The position numbers and the translations under genes were made by a program. From NCBI GenBank assembly GCA_903908555.1, contig CAIVSG010000206.1, forward strand, positions 1 through 62,117: a DNA stretch of 62,117 nucleotides. The letters run 5' to 3'. The notes beneath the pieces are model-generated. The model did no database searches. It had not been told where the DNA came from and saw only the letters and a list, made by a program, of their open reading frames with translations. Shown here one piece after another: positions 20,446 to 29,752 of the stretch. Within the stretch, counting starts at the first letter, position 1; the number at the start of each line of letters is the position of its first letter. Origin of the DNA: an uncultured Chlorobiaceae bacterium. Lineage in GTDB: Bacteria > Bacteroidota > Chlorobiia > Chlorobiales > Chlorobiaceae.

Positions 20446-22055
20446 TGCACAAATTCCTTCAGTTCGTTAATTCCACCGAGCGCTAAATCCGGTGCTAAAA
20501 AACCTTTTTCAATATCAATCACTCTGCAAAACCTAAAATATCCTTGCAATTCTTTTCCTGCCGGAATAGTAACTATAAAGTCATTATTGAAATGCCACTT
20601 GCCTTTGATTTCTTCCCGGAGTAAATTCAATAATATCAGAATATTCTCATGCAATAAGTCCTGAGTATATCTACCTTCAGAAATGGCTTCCCCTCGTGAG
20701 TGTCTTATTTCCATCCAGGCATATTGCCACCATTGGAGCCTCCGATCTGCAATCCGATCTTTAAAGTCAATAGCCAAGAGATTGATAAGTATTTTGAAAT
20801 GTTCAGCCCTTCTAGGAGCAGGAATCACAGTATCCGGTGGTTTACACCAATCCTCTAGGCGGGAGTAAAGATGAATAAGATCTAAACCTCTTTCTGAGAG
20901 CTGCATACATAATCCAGCCTGATCCGCCTGAATCGCTTCGGTTAGTTGCTTTTTCCATATTGGGCTAAATTCTCCCTCCTTTGCATGTAATTCCCCAAAA
21001 TCAACAGGAGAAAGTACTGGTAAAATGATAAAAATCCCATCCGACTGCATTTCATCTAGCAAACGTAGTCCAATTTGTTCTTCCAAGGAATTCGCAAAAG
21101 GATCAAAACTTAATATGTGATCCTTAATTGGGTAAAGAATTCCATATTTCTCGTCTAGTTTAATGAGTGAGGCAGGTTTTTTGTCAGCTTTATCGATGTT
21201 GCGGAAAACCTGAAATTCATCTTCATCGACTATTGGCAGATTATCGCTGGGACAATTCTCATCACCTGTTTTCTGGGTATTCCATTTCCAAGAGACTCCC
21301 TGCATAATTCCATTTTTGGGATTGATCAGTAAATTCTGAGAATTTTCTCCAATAATCGCCTCCCCCGTAACTGGATCAAGTCCAAATCCTTCTTCATCCC
21401 TGCTGCCAGACCAGACAAAATATACCAGTTGATCAAACCTAGGCGCCGTAAGAAGTGCATCTGGGCATTTTCCCCACCCACTAGAACAAAGAGGGCCGAC
21501 CTTAAGCAAAACGTCAAATAGCTCAACATTTCGATAACTTTTAGGCGTACAAATAAAGTGGTCCGATTCTAGGAGTTGGGTTGAAAAGGTTTGAAGTATC
21601 GACTCAAAATCAGATTTTGTTTCTTTGTGGCAATAAATCATGAAGCTTTTAGAATGATCGATAAGATCACGAATAACTCTATGAATTTCTTGGCGAACTG
21701 GGTTTTCGGTATTAACAAGTTGAGTCGCCGCAATAAGCGAGGAGTCATACGCTGACTTGATATCAGGCCACCGTTTAGCGATTTGATCAGGATCGCCAAT
21801 ACTTCTTACTGTATCCAATAAGCTACCATCAAAAATTATAGGTGAAGTTAGCCATTCGGATAATCGCCATCGCAACGTATTAGATTTTTCTTTTGCATCA
21901 TAAGCATCAAGTGCATAAAGTCTCTTGATGATGAAAAGCAAATTCTGCCGCAAGACACTGAAATAATATGATGAAACCTCTCGTCGCTCTATTTCCCATG
22001 CCTTATGCTGGTCAATAAAAGAGAAGATTTCAGTGGTTGTTACTGCCATTTTCAC
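20433..22055 (-). CDS. Hypothetical protein, possibly DrmE-like
   Basis: 540 aa in the operon position of drmE; C-terminal WKKQL...LSERG...LEDW...VIPAP pattern recalls the DrmE C-terminus (unverified). Confidence 0.5.
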   Translation of the reverse strand: MKMAVTTTEIFSFIDQHKAWEIERREVSSYYFSVLRQNLLFIIKRLYALDAYDAKEKSNTLRWRLSEWLTSPIIFDGSLLDTVRSIGDPDQIAKRWPDIKSAYDSSLIAATQLVNTENPVRQEIHRVIRDLIDHSKSFMIYCHKETKSDFESILQTFSTQLLESDHFICTPKSYRNVELFDVLLKVGPLCSSGWGKCPDALLTAPRFDQLVYFVWSGSRDEEGFGLDPVTGEAIIGENSQNLLINPKNGIMQGVSWKWNTQKTGDENCPSDNLPIVDEDEFQVFRNIDKADKKPASLIKLDEKYGILYPIKDHILSFDPFANSLEEQIGLRLLDEMQSDGIFIILPVLSPVDFGELHAKEGEFSPIWKKQLTEAIQADQAGLCMQLSERGLDLIHLYSRLEDWCKPPDTVIPAPRRAEHFKILINLLAIDFKDRIADRRLQWWQYAWMEIRHSRGEAISEGRYTQDLLHENILILLNLLREEIKGKWHFNNDFIVTIPAGKELQGYFRFCRVIDIEKGFLAPDLALGGINELKEFVQWQG

Positions 22056-23044
22056 CTTTGTTTCCTGATAATTAAAGAAACACCTTTGGGTACTTTAGGT
22101 AAAATTACCGGGAGTGAAGGTTCTATGTCATACCACTGGGAAAGGGATTCCATCTTCTCAGCCAGAGCTGTCAATCTATCACGGTCCAATGTCCTGTCAG
22201 TTATTACAATAATATCACTGTGTTCGAATAAATTATCTGAATAAACCTTAAAAAAAGCGGCATCGCCATCAACGATAACAAGACGAGGTGGTAATGATTG
22301 TCTGTCAAGCTTTTTAGTTCTCGAGTTATAGAATAATAAGCGTGAAATTGATTCGGAAGACCAGTCATGTACTGCAAGCAAATGATCTAGGGTAACTGTA
22401 TTGTTAGCAGATTGGAAACGGATACTGGACAAAATATCACGTGTAGTATTTGCCCCCATTATTCGCCCAGCCAAACAGATGCCAGAATATGTTTTTCTCA
22501 AATTTATATCTTTAACTTCACCTCCCTCGCTTATTAACTCACGATAAATACTACCATACGGCAACTTATTACCTGTATCAACCTCTAAACAAGGCTCCCC
22601 ATCAAAGTATACATCCTTTGCATCAACGGAGAGTGAGAAGGGTAATGTGGGATTTTGGTTTCTTACGCGCGGTATTTGAACAATTACATCACGGTCATCA
22701 CTGTCTTTCCCATCATAATAAAATTTATAGCTGTTATAACGCTTATTCTTGTGCAACAATATGTTGCGGGATTTTATTGTTTTATTTTGCTCATTCCTTA
22801 TTCTCTCTAAATGAAACTCAATATCATTGGCGTGTAAATCTTCAAGATATTTACGCACTGATCCAAGGGCCACCAATCCTGCGCCAGGGGAATCGCAGGG
22901 CATTGAAATCAAAGCGACCCTTCTTCTTCCCTCCCTATCTTTGGCCCAGTAATAACCGAACATAATCAAAAACAAGGCCCATTGGGGAATATCACTCCAA
23001 GAGTCATTTGATTCCGAGAACTGTATATCTTTGACTTCTGTCAA
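22052..23044 (-). CDS. Hypothetical protein, first gene of the DISARM-like operon
   Basis: 330 aa; ATGA overlap with the next gene; RLVIVDG Walker-B-like strand without a Walker A; start codon uncertain (TTG). Confidence 0.65.
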   Translation of the reverse strand: MTEVKDIQFSESNDSWSDIPQWALFLIMFGYYWAKDREGRRRVALISMPCDSPGAGLVALGSVRKYLEDLHANDIEFHLERIRNEQNKTIKSRNILLHKNKRYNSYKFYYDGKDSDDRDVIVQIPRVRNQNPTLPFSLSVDAKDVYFDGEPCLEVDTGNKLPYGSIYRELISEGGEVKDINLRKTYSGICLAGRIMGANTTRDILSSIRFQSANNTVTLDHLLAVHDWSSESISRLLFYNSRTKKLDRQSLPPRLVIVDGDAAFFKVYSDNLFEHSDIIVITDRTLDRDRLTALAEKMESLSQWYDIEPSLPVILPKVPKGVSLIIRKQR

Positions 23045-23372
23045 CTGTTTAGTAAAAAAAGATTACTAAGAAAAACACTCGAAAATAACAGGGAGATTAA
23101 GTCCTTGGTTAGTTCTAAGTACGGAATACCAATATGGCTCTCAGGCTGCTGGGCCATAAAATAAATCCAATAAGGGAATAAAATTGCTGGACTATAACGC
23201 TACCAACACAAACTATTTAGCAAATAATCACACCAAATCAAACAATAACAGTAGGTTACAGCAAAAATTACTCAGGGAATCATTTTAGTATGTTATAAGG
23301 AGTAGTGGGGAAAAAACTGTCCAAGGCAGGAATAATTCTTTCCTCCTTCCTAGCCAGTAGCACGATTCTGCA

Positions 23373-23400
23373 GTCTCAAAAAACCTTCGTTTAATGAGAC
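23373..23400. other. Second res/hix-like site
   Basis: GTCTCAAAAAACC-TT-CGTTTAATGAGAC; its reverse complement matches 7118-7145 at 24 of 28 positions. Confidence 0.55.
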
Positions 23401-23454
23401 TGCAAAACAGAATCAATGATCAGCCGTAAGACTCGGGTTACCGGAACATGAATC

Positions 23455-23825
23455 CCCCGGCCATCAGGCCATTGATGCCAGCCTGATGGCCGAAAAATCT
23501 CAAAAGAGCTTAGCCCTCCACTGCCGGGAAGTTCCGAATCCGTTCGTCACTCCCCTCCCCTGTCAGGTTTTTCTTTGCCTGACCTTACAACACTTATAAT
23601 CATACCCGCTTCGCGGTTTCAAGATTTCATTCAACCCCGGAAGGGTACGGCAAGGATAGGCCAGTTTGCCTGTTTTGTGCAAGGGCCGTTCACTTCCGCT
23701 CTTCGTTTGTGCAGCTCTCTGTTCTCCCCTGCGCAAAAAGTTTGCCTGTCCGCGGTTCAGCCTCTGTCCCACCGGGGAATGACTTGAATAGAGAAGATTC
23801 CGGCAACCTTTAACATTTACCGACA
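23455..23825 (+). repeat. Conserved upstream stem-loop element, copy 1 (candidate ssDNA promoter)
   Basis: Core 23648-23788 is nearly identical to 40869-41009; long-range self-complementarity (CCCCGG..CCGGGG, TTTGTGCAAGGG..CCCTGCGCAAA). Confidence 0.75.
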
Positions 23826-24007
23826 TGAAACAGTCTCAGACACATTCACATTTAACCGATCTGATAAAAGGTGTATCCATTCAACCACACAGCATTTTGC
23901 TGGCGAGGAGTGGGTAGATGAAGTGGGGATGAGTATCGAATATTTTCAAATCCTTTTTACCTTATAGCTAATCAGTCCGTTACTAACCGGACACTACCCT
24001 CTGAATT

Positions 24008-24520
24008 ATGGATGCGTACAAAGTAGGACAACTTTTTCCTCTTGAACAATACTGTACTGGCCAAGAAATGAATGTGGCGATACCAACAGACGGGTTTTTC
24101 CATATCCTGATGTCACTCAAAAAGATTGCACGCAAGGAAAAGAAACTGTTTACAACCGGAACAATCACCGCCTCTCTATTTGAACAGCGTGATATTCCTT
24201 TTCTGATCCTGGATTTCGGAGAAAATTTCAGTATTGATATCTCCTTTGATGCATCAAAATTTGATGATGAAACCCGTAGAGTCTGGATGTCGTCAGAAGC
24301 AAATGCGATTGCAATTTTTCTTGTGGAAGCGACAACAGGTATAATCGAAGGCATGCGCCTCATTGGCGTAGGGTTTGCTCCCGAGTTGCGTGCAATCTGC
24401 GCCAAACAAAAAGGCCAAAAGGGCATTGAACAGCGTGTTCTCCTCATTCATTCAGCGTTTACAACAAAGGATATGGTCCGGCATGCTATTGCCAAAACAG
24501 TCTTTAAACAACATTCTTAG
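24008..24520 (+). CDS. Hypothetical protein (170 aa)
   Basis: ATG ORF with protein-like composition, followed by a terminator-like hairpin. Confidence 0.7.
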   Translation: MDAYKVGQLFPLEQYCTGQEMNVAIPTDGFFHILMSLKKIARKEKKLFTTGTITASLFEQRDIPFLILDFGENFSIDISFDASKFDDETRRVWMSSEANAIAIFLVEATTGIIEGMRLIGVGFAPELRAICAKQKGQKGIEQRVLLIHSAFTTKDMVRHAIAKTVFKQHS

Positions 24521-24528
24521 CCGTGCGG

Positions 24529-24560
24529 CGGCTGCTTGCCCCATCGGGCAGCAGCCGTTT
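24529..24560 (+). terminator. Probable intrinsic terminator
   Basis: CGGCTGCTTGCCC...GGGCAGCAGCCG hairpin with a short T tail. Confidence 0.45.
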
Positions 24561-25016
24561 GCCAGGTCTCCCTCCCTGCTCCAGTGTACTCCAGCAAATA
24601 ATTACCAGTCAAAAAAATATTGGCCACTCCCCTTTTCTCCAGCTAACGCTATTCTGGAATCATAAGGGCCCATATAAAGGAAATCAGTGCCTTCCACAAT
24701 ATTTGTGGATGACATAATCCGATTAAGGATGATATCCATGAAACTTTCCAGAATACATACCCTTCTCGCACCAGACTTCTAAACTGAAGACTTAACCACG
24801 ATTCTTGAACTGCCACTTGGAGGGACAGAAGTCTCTGCTAGTTTCTCCTCCCCTGCCATCAGCTATCAGGCTGCAATTCCGGGCATTACCTTTCTTAACG
24901 GGGATATAAAAACCCTTTTCTGAAGTCCTCCAAATTGCACTTGAGAGAACCCTTTTATATATTTGACTTAAGGGACAAATAGGGGGCAAAATGTCCGTAA
25001 AAATACCCAGAGATAA

Positions 25017-26276
25017 ATGACACAACTACAGGCACTGGAACTGCTAAAGCATGCAAGGAACCGATTTACACAACGCGAAATTGCTATACAAATTGGCAAA
25101 GATGCAAAAACTGTGCGTCGATGGGAAAAAGGTGAGGTGCCATGTCCTGTAATGCTCACTTCTGCATTACGCGATATGTTGCATTCCTCCTCAATGAATA
25201 CCATGAGTACAGTTCCCAAAAGATTCCGTTTTATTGACCTGTTCGCGGGTATAGGGGGTATTCGTATGGGCTTCGAAGCTAACGGTGGAGAATGCGTTTT
25301 CACAAGTGAATGGAACGAATTTTCCAAAAAAACCTACCTTGAAAATTTTGGTGATAACCACCCGTTTGTCGGTGACATAGTGAACTATTCTGGCGAAGAC
25401 ATCCCCGACCATGACGTGTTGCTCGGCGGGTTTCCATGTCAACCATTCAGTATCGCCGGAGTTAGCAAAAAAAACTCACTTGGCCGGCCGCATGGCTTTG
25501 AATGCACTACCCAGGGAACGCTTTTTTTTGATGTTGCCCGTATTATTGCCTGCAAACGCCCAAAAGCTTTTCTGCTGGAAAACGTTAAAAATCTTTTTTC
25601 GCACGATAAAGGCAATACGTTCAATATTATCCTGCAAATACTACGTAACGAACTGCATTATGATGTACACTACAAGGTCATCGACGGGCAGCATTTCACA
25701 CCTCAGCATCGGGAACGGATTATTATCGTGGGATTTCAGAAAGAAACCAGTTTTTCCTGGGAAGATCTGCAAATGCCAGCCAAAGGGCCACTCTTAAAAT
25801 CAATCCTGCATAAAACCGACGGTAGCGAACCAATGCTGGAGTGGGATGGAGAACGATTTTTTAATCACGCAAATCGTGTTGTTCAACCTAAATATACCTT
25901 AACACCAAACCTTTGGGCCTACCTGCAAGCCTATGCTGAGAAACACAGAATGGCCGGGAATGGTTTTGGCTTTGGAATGGCCTACCCTGATAGTGTGACA
26001 CGTACTTTGTCTGCCCGATATCACAAGGATGGTTCAGAAATTCTTGTATTTCAAGGCGAAAACAAACGGCCACGACGACTAACCCCCCGTGAGTGCGCAC
26101 GCCTTATGGGATTCCCGGACACATTTCAAATACCAGTGAGTGATACACAAGCTTATCGCCAATTCGGCAATAGTGTAATCATGCCTGTCATGAAAGAAGT
26201 CGCCCGAATAATGGAGCCACACATCAGGTCACTTATCAAGCAGGAACAACAAGTTGCGACCTTGGCCACTATCTGA
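25017..26276 (+). CDS. dcm: DNA cytosine-5 methyltransferase (Dcm/EcoRII-like) with N-terminal XRE HTH
   Basis: [30 protein letters not shown]; [12 protein letters not shown] and [13 protein letters not shown] are typical of CCWGG Dcm; [16 protein letters not shown]. Confidence 0.92.
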   Translation: MTQLQALELLKHARNRFTQREIAIQIGKDAKTVRRWEKGEVPCPVMLTSALRDMLHSSSMNTMSTVPKRFRFIDLFAGIGGIRMGFEANGGECVFTSEWNEFSKKTYLENFGDNHPFVGDIVNYSGEDIPDHDVLLGGFPCQPFSIAGVSKKNSLGRPHGFECTTQGTLFFDVARIIACKRPKAFLLENVKNLFSHDKGNTFNIILQILRNELHYDVHYKVIDGQHFTPQHRERIIIVGFQKETSFSWEDLQMPAKGPLLKSILHKTDGSEPMLEWDGERFFNHANRVVQPKYTLTPNLWAYLQAYAEKHRMAGNGFGFGMAYPDSVTRTLSARYHKDGSEILVFQGENKRPRRLTPRECARLMGFPDTFQIPVSDTQAYRQFGNSVIMPVMKEVARIMEPHIRSLIKQEQQVATLATI

Positions 26277-26722
26277 TGGTTGACGTGGTCGACATTGCTA
26301 CCCGTAGCCGGATGATGTCAGGGATACGCGGAAAAAACACAAAACCTGAAATTCTTGTCCGGAGTATGCTCCACCGCCAAGGCTTCAGGTTTCGTCTGCA
26401 CGACAGAACATTACCAGGAAAACCTGACATTGTTTTCCCTCGTTATCATGCAGTTATCTTTGTTCATGGATGTTTTTGGCATGGACATGAATGCCGATTA
26501 TTTAAATGGCCAGAAACCCGACCTGAATTCTGGCGTGAAAAAATCATGCGTAACCGTTACCTTGATCATAAGTCTCAAGAGGCATTGCTTACCAACGGAT
26601 GGCGGGTGGGCATCGTTTGGGAATGCACCTTGCGTACAGGAAAAAGAAATCCCGTAATTATTGCACAGAGCCTCACACAATGGCTGCGGAGCAATGAACC
26701 ATTTAAGGAAAACTGGGAATGA
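26276..26722 (+). CDS. vsr: Very short patch repair endonuclease
   Basis: RSRMMSGIRGKNTKPE, LPGKPD, FVHGCFWHGH, VWEC. Confidence 0.95.
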   Translation: MVDVVDIATRSRMMSGIRGKNTKPEILVRSMLHRQGFRFRLHDRTLPGKPDIVFPRYHAVIFVHGCFWHGHECRLFKWPETRPEFWREKIMRNRYLDHKSQEALLTNGWRVGIVWECTLRTGKRNPVIIAQSLTQWLRSNEPFKENWE

Positions 26723-27951
26723 AAAAGGGCTACTTGTCCGAGTATTTCGAAGGTGTTGCAGCAAAGCGATTGACTGCTGTAGAGGCTGATGAGACTCGTT
26801 CCAATCAGCACGAGTACAATGCCACGAGAAGCATGCTTGAATTCATCGGCAGACCTACAGAAAGCAGCCGGCTAGCAACTCGGTTTCTATATCTTTCTGA
26901 TGAAGATCCTGACCCTATTGTTGAAGACGCTTTTCTCACACTCTACGATAGTAGAAAAGGCCAGACTCACCGGTCTGCCGAGTTTCGGTTTTATTTCCCT
27001 ACAACAACGGTTTCACTTAATGCCGCGGAGGGTGATTTGCTGGTATTAGCCAAAAAGCGCGATGGTGGATTGCTTGTGGTTATTGCTGAAAACGGTTCGA
27101 GCATATCAAGACAGATTGAATGGCTTTTCGGTTTTTCAGACCTTGCTCATCCTGGGTTTTCTGTCAAGAGCGAACTGGAAACAGAGCAGGACCGCGTTGC
27201 TTTTGCTTCGCGTTTCATATTGGAAAATATTGGTATTGCTGTAGAAGCTTCGTCCGAGACTTACCTGGAGGCAATGCTCACCAAATTTAACGGGAAGTTT
27301 CCAACAACAAGGGAATTTTCGAACTATGCTCGGTCAACACTCCAAGATATTAATGCACAGGATGACCAAGATGGTGTGTTAATGGCATGGATGGAACGGG
27401 AAGAGATTTTGTTCCGAACCCTTGAACGATATCTTATTTCTGACCGTATTTCTCAGGGGTTTACTGGTAATTCATCGGCAGAAATGGATGTAGAAGGTTT
27501 TATATCTTTTTCCCTGTCGGTCCATAACCGGAGAAAAAGTCGCGTTGGTCTTGCACTTGAAAACCACCTCGAACAGTTATTTCGCGAATGCGATATTCAA
27601 TACACCCGGGGAGCGGTAACCGAAAATAAAACCAAACCGGATTTTATTTTCCCGAGTATCACGGCTTACCGGAACGCTGCATATGATCCATTAAAGTTGA
27701 CAATGCTTGGCGTAAAGTCAACTTGTAAAGACAGATGGAGGCAAGTGCTTCCTGAGGCCAACCGTATTAACGAAAAACATCTGCTAACACTTGAGGCAGC
27801 AATCAGTACGAATCAAACTACTGAAATGGCTGCTCATGGCCTGCAACTTGTTTTACCACGAGGGCTTCACGAAACCTATACTACCAGCCAACAAGCATGG
27901 CTTATGGGCATTGCCGATTTCACCAGTCTTGTCCGCGAAAGACAAGATTAA
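26719..27951 (+). CDS. Type II restriction endonuclease, EcoRII-like
   Basis: NRRKSRVG..LENHL, KPDFIFP, KSTCKDRWRQV (EcoRII C-terminal motifs). Confidence 0.85.
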   Translation: MKKGYLSEYFEGVAAKRLTAVEADETRSNQHEYNATRSMLEFIGRPTESSRLATRFLYLSDEDPDPIVEDAFLTLYDSRKGQTHRSAEFRFYFPTTTVSLNAAEGDLLVLAKKRDGGLLVVIAENGSSISRQIEWLFGFSDLAHPGFSVKSELETEQDRVAFASRFILENIGIAVEASSETYLEAMLTKFNGKFPTTREFSNYARSTLQDINAQDDQDGVLMAWMEREEILFRTLERYLISDRISQGFTGNSSAEMDVEGFISFSLSVHNRRKSRVGLALENHLEQLFRECDIQYTRGAVTENKTKPDFIFPSITAYRNAAYDPLKLTMLGVKSTCKDRWRQVLPEANRINEKHLLTLEAAISTNQTTEMAAHGLQLVLPRGLHETYTTSQQAWLMGIADFTSLVRERQD

Positions 27952-27969
27952 ACATTAGCCGCTAACTAA

Positions 27970-28422
27970 ATGAGACTCTCCAGAATACATTCTGGGCCCG
28001 TGCTGGACTTCTACACACCGGATTTCACAACCGCACTTGAGCTGCCGCTTGCTGGTTCACCCGTCTCCGCCGGCTTTCCTTCGCCTGCTGAAGACTATAT
28101 CGAGATGGCTCTTGACCTGAACAAAGAGCTTATCAAGCACCCTGAAGCCACTTTTTATGCCCGAGTGAAAGGGCACTCCATGATTGATGCTGGCATTGAA
28201 GATGGTGATCTGCTGGTTATCGACAAGGCGCTTGATCAGAAAGACGGTGATATTGCTGTCTGCTTTATTGACGGCGAGTTTACACTGAAGCGCCTGGCTT
28301 TGAAGGAAGATTGCATCTACCTCATACCCGCCAATACCGAATACAAGCCAATCAAAATTACCGAGGATAATGATTTTGTGATTTGGGGTATGTTAGCCTA
28401 TGTTATCCATAAGCCGAGATAA
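27970..28422 (+). CDS. umuD: DNA polymerase V autoproteolytic subunit
   Basis: AGFPSPAEDY cleavage site, GHSM serine, TLKR lysine. Confidence 0.93.
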   Translation: MRLSRIHSGPVLDFYTPDFTTALELPLAGSPVSAGFPSPAEDYIEMALDLNKELIKHPEATFYARVKGHSMIDAGIEDGDLLVIDKALDQKDGDIAVCFIDGEFTLKRLALKEDCIYLIPANTEYKPIKITEDNDFVIWGMLAYVIHKPR

Positions 28423-28444
28423 CCACGGCTGGAGACCACCCACC

Positions 28445-29719
28445 ATGTTTGCCCTTGTCGACTGCAATAATTTTTACGCTTCATGCGAGCGCACCTTCAG
28501 GCCAGAGCTGCGCCTCTGCCCGGTCGTTGTTCTCTCCAACAACGATGGTTGCATCATTGCCCGCTCGGAAGAAGCCAAAGCGCTCGGCATCCAGATGGGT
28601 ACACCTGAATTCAAGTGCCGCGATTTGCTCAAGAAGCATGATGTTGCCGTGTTCTCATCCAATTATGCCCTGTACGGCGATATGTCCTCAAGGGTGATGC
28701 GGCTTCTTGGAAAACTTGCGCCTGAGATTGAAGTCTATTCTATTGATGAGGCTTTTCTTGATATGACGAGCTTCACGCGCTTCAACCTGGCAGACTACGC
28801 CCAGCATATCCGAAAAACCGTCCGTCTGCATACCGGCATTCCGGTCTGCGTCGGTATTGCACCGACAAAAACACTTGCCAAGATTGCCAACCGTATAGCG
28901 AAAAAGAATCCGGAGTATCAGGGAGTCTGTGTACTCTCCACAGCTGAAGAGATTCAGGCTGCACTCAATCGCACCAAGGTTGAGGATATTTGGGGTATCG
29001 GGCGGCAGTGGAGCAAGCTACTGCAGGCAAAAAGGATTGAGACCGCCGCTGACATGGCCGAAGCTTCAGCGCCTTGGATACGCAAGAACCTGCATATTGT
29101 CGGCGCCAGAATTCAGGCCGAACTGCAGGGCAAGTCATGCCTTGAAATGGAGCTTGTAAGGCCCGCAAAGCAAAGCATCTGCACCTCGCGCTCATTTGGC
29201 CGCAGCGTAAGCACGCTGGTAGAGCTACAGCAGGCTGTTGCAACATTTGCCGGCAAATGCGCAGTCAAGCTTCGCAAGGAGAATTCGATTGCCTCAATGC
29301 TGACAGTTTTCATTGCCACCAGCCCGTTCGATGATTCAGGCAATCGATATTGGGGAACCCGCACAGCTGCACTGCCGCATTCTACAAATGATTCAAGAAC
29401 CATTCTCAGAGCTGCAGATAAGATTCTTGACGGGATATTTCGTGATGGAAAGGCCTACAAAAAAGCGGGAGTTATTGTCAGCGGACTTGTGCCTAAAGGC
29501 TCAGGCAGCAAAACGCTTTCACTTTTTCCGGAAGAAGAGCCTGTGCAGAATGAGCGTGATGCCCGTCTTATGCAGGCCATGGATGCCATCAACAAGCGAT
29601 ATGGCAGAGGCACTGTGCATCTTGCTGCTGAAAACTCTGACGCATGGAAGCCGAATCAGGAGCGGCTTTCGTCGTGTTACACCACGCTGTGGAACGATAT
29701 TATTGAGGTGAAGGTGTGA
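28445..29719 (+). CDS. umuC: Y-family DNA polymerase V catalytic subunit
   Basis: DCNNFYASCE, SNNDGC, YSIDEAF, DUF4113 tail; start moved to ATG 28445. Confidence 0.95.
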   Translation: MFALVDCNNFYASCERTFRPELRLCPVVVLSNNDGCIIARSEEAKALGIQMGTPEFKCRDLLKKHDVAVFSSNYALYGDMSSRVMRLLGKLAPEIEVYSIDEAFLDMTSFTRFNLADYAQHIRKTVRLHTGIPVCVGIAPTKTLAKIANRIAKKNPEYQGVCVLSTAEEIQAALNRTKVEDIWGIGRQWSKLLQAKRIETAADMAEASAPWIRKNLHIVGARIQAELQGKSCLEMELVRPAKQSICTSRSFGRSVSTLVELQQAVATFAGKCAVKLRKENSIASMLTVFIATSPFDDSGNRYWGTRTAALPHSTNDSRTILRAADKILDGIFRDGKAYKKAGVIVSGLVPKGSGSKTLSLFPEEEPVQNERDARLMQAMDAINKRYGRGTVHLAAENSDAWKPNQERLSSCYTTLWNDIIEVKV

Positions 29720-29752
29720 ATTTTGTATGGTATTAAAGAGGTATGAGAAATT

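Noticed and set aside
23563-23826. Short ORFs here and at 40781-41118 that resemble each other
   Set aside because: The similarity comes from the duplicated non-coding element, appears in several frames, and start and stop are not conserved
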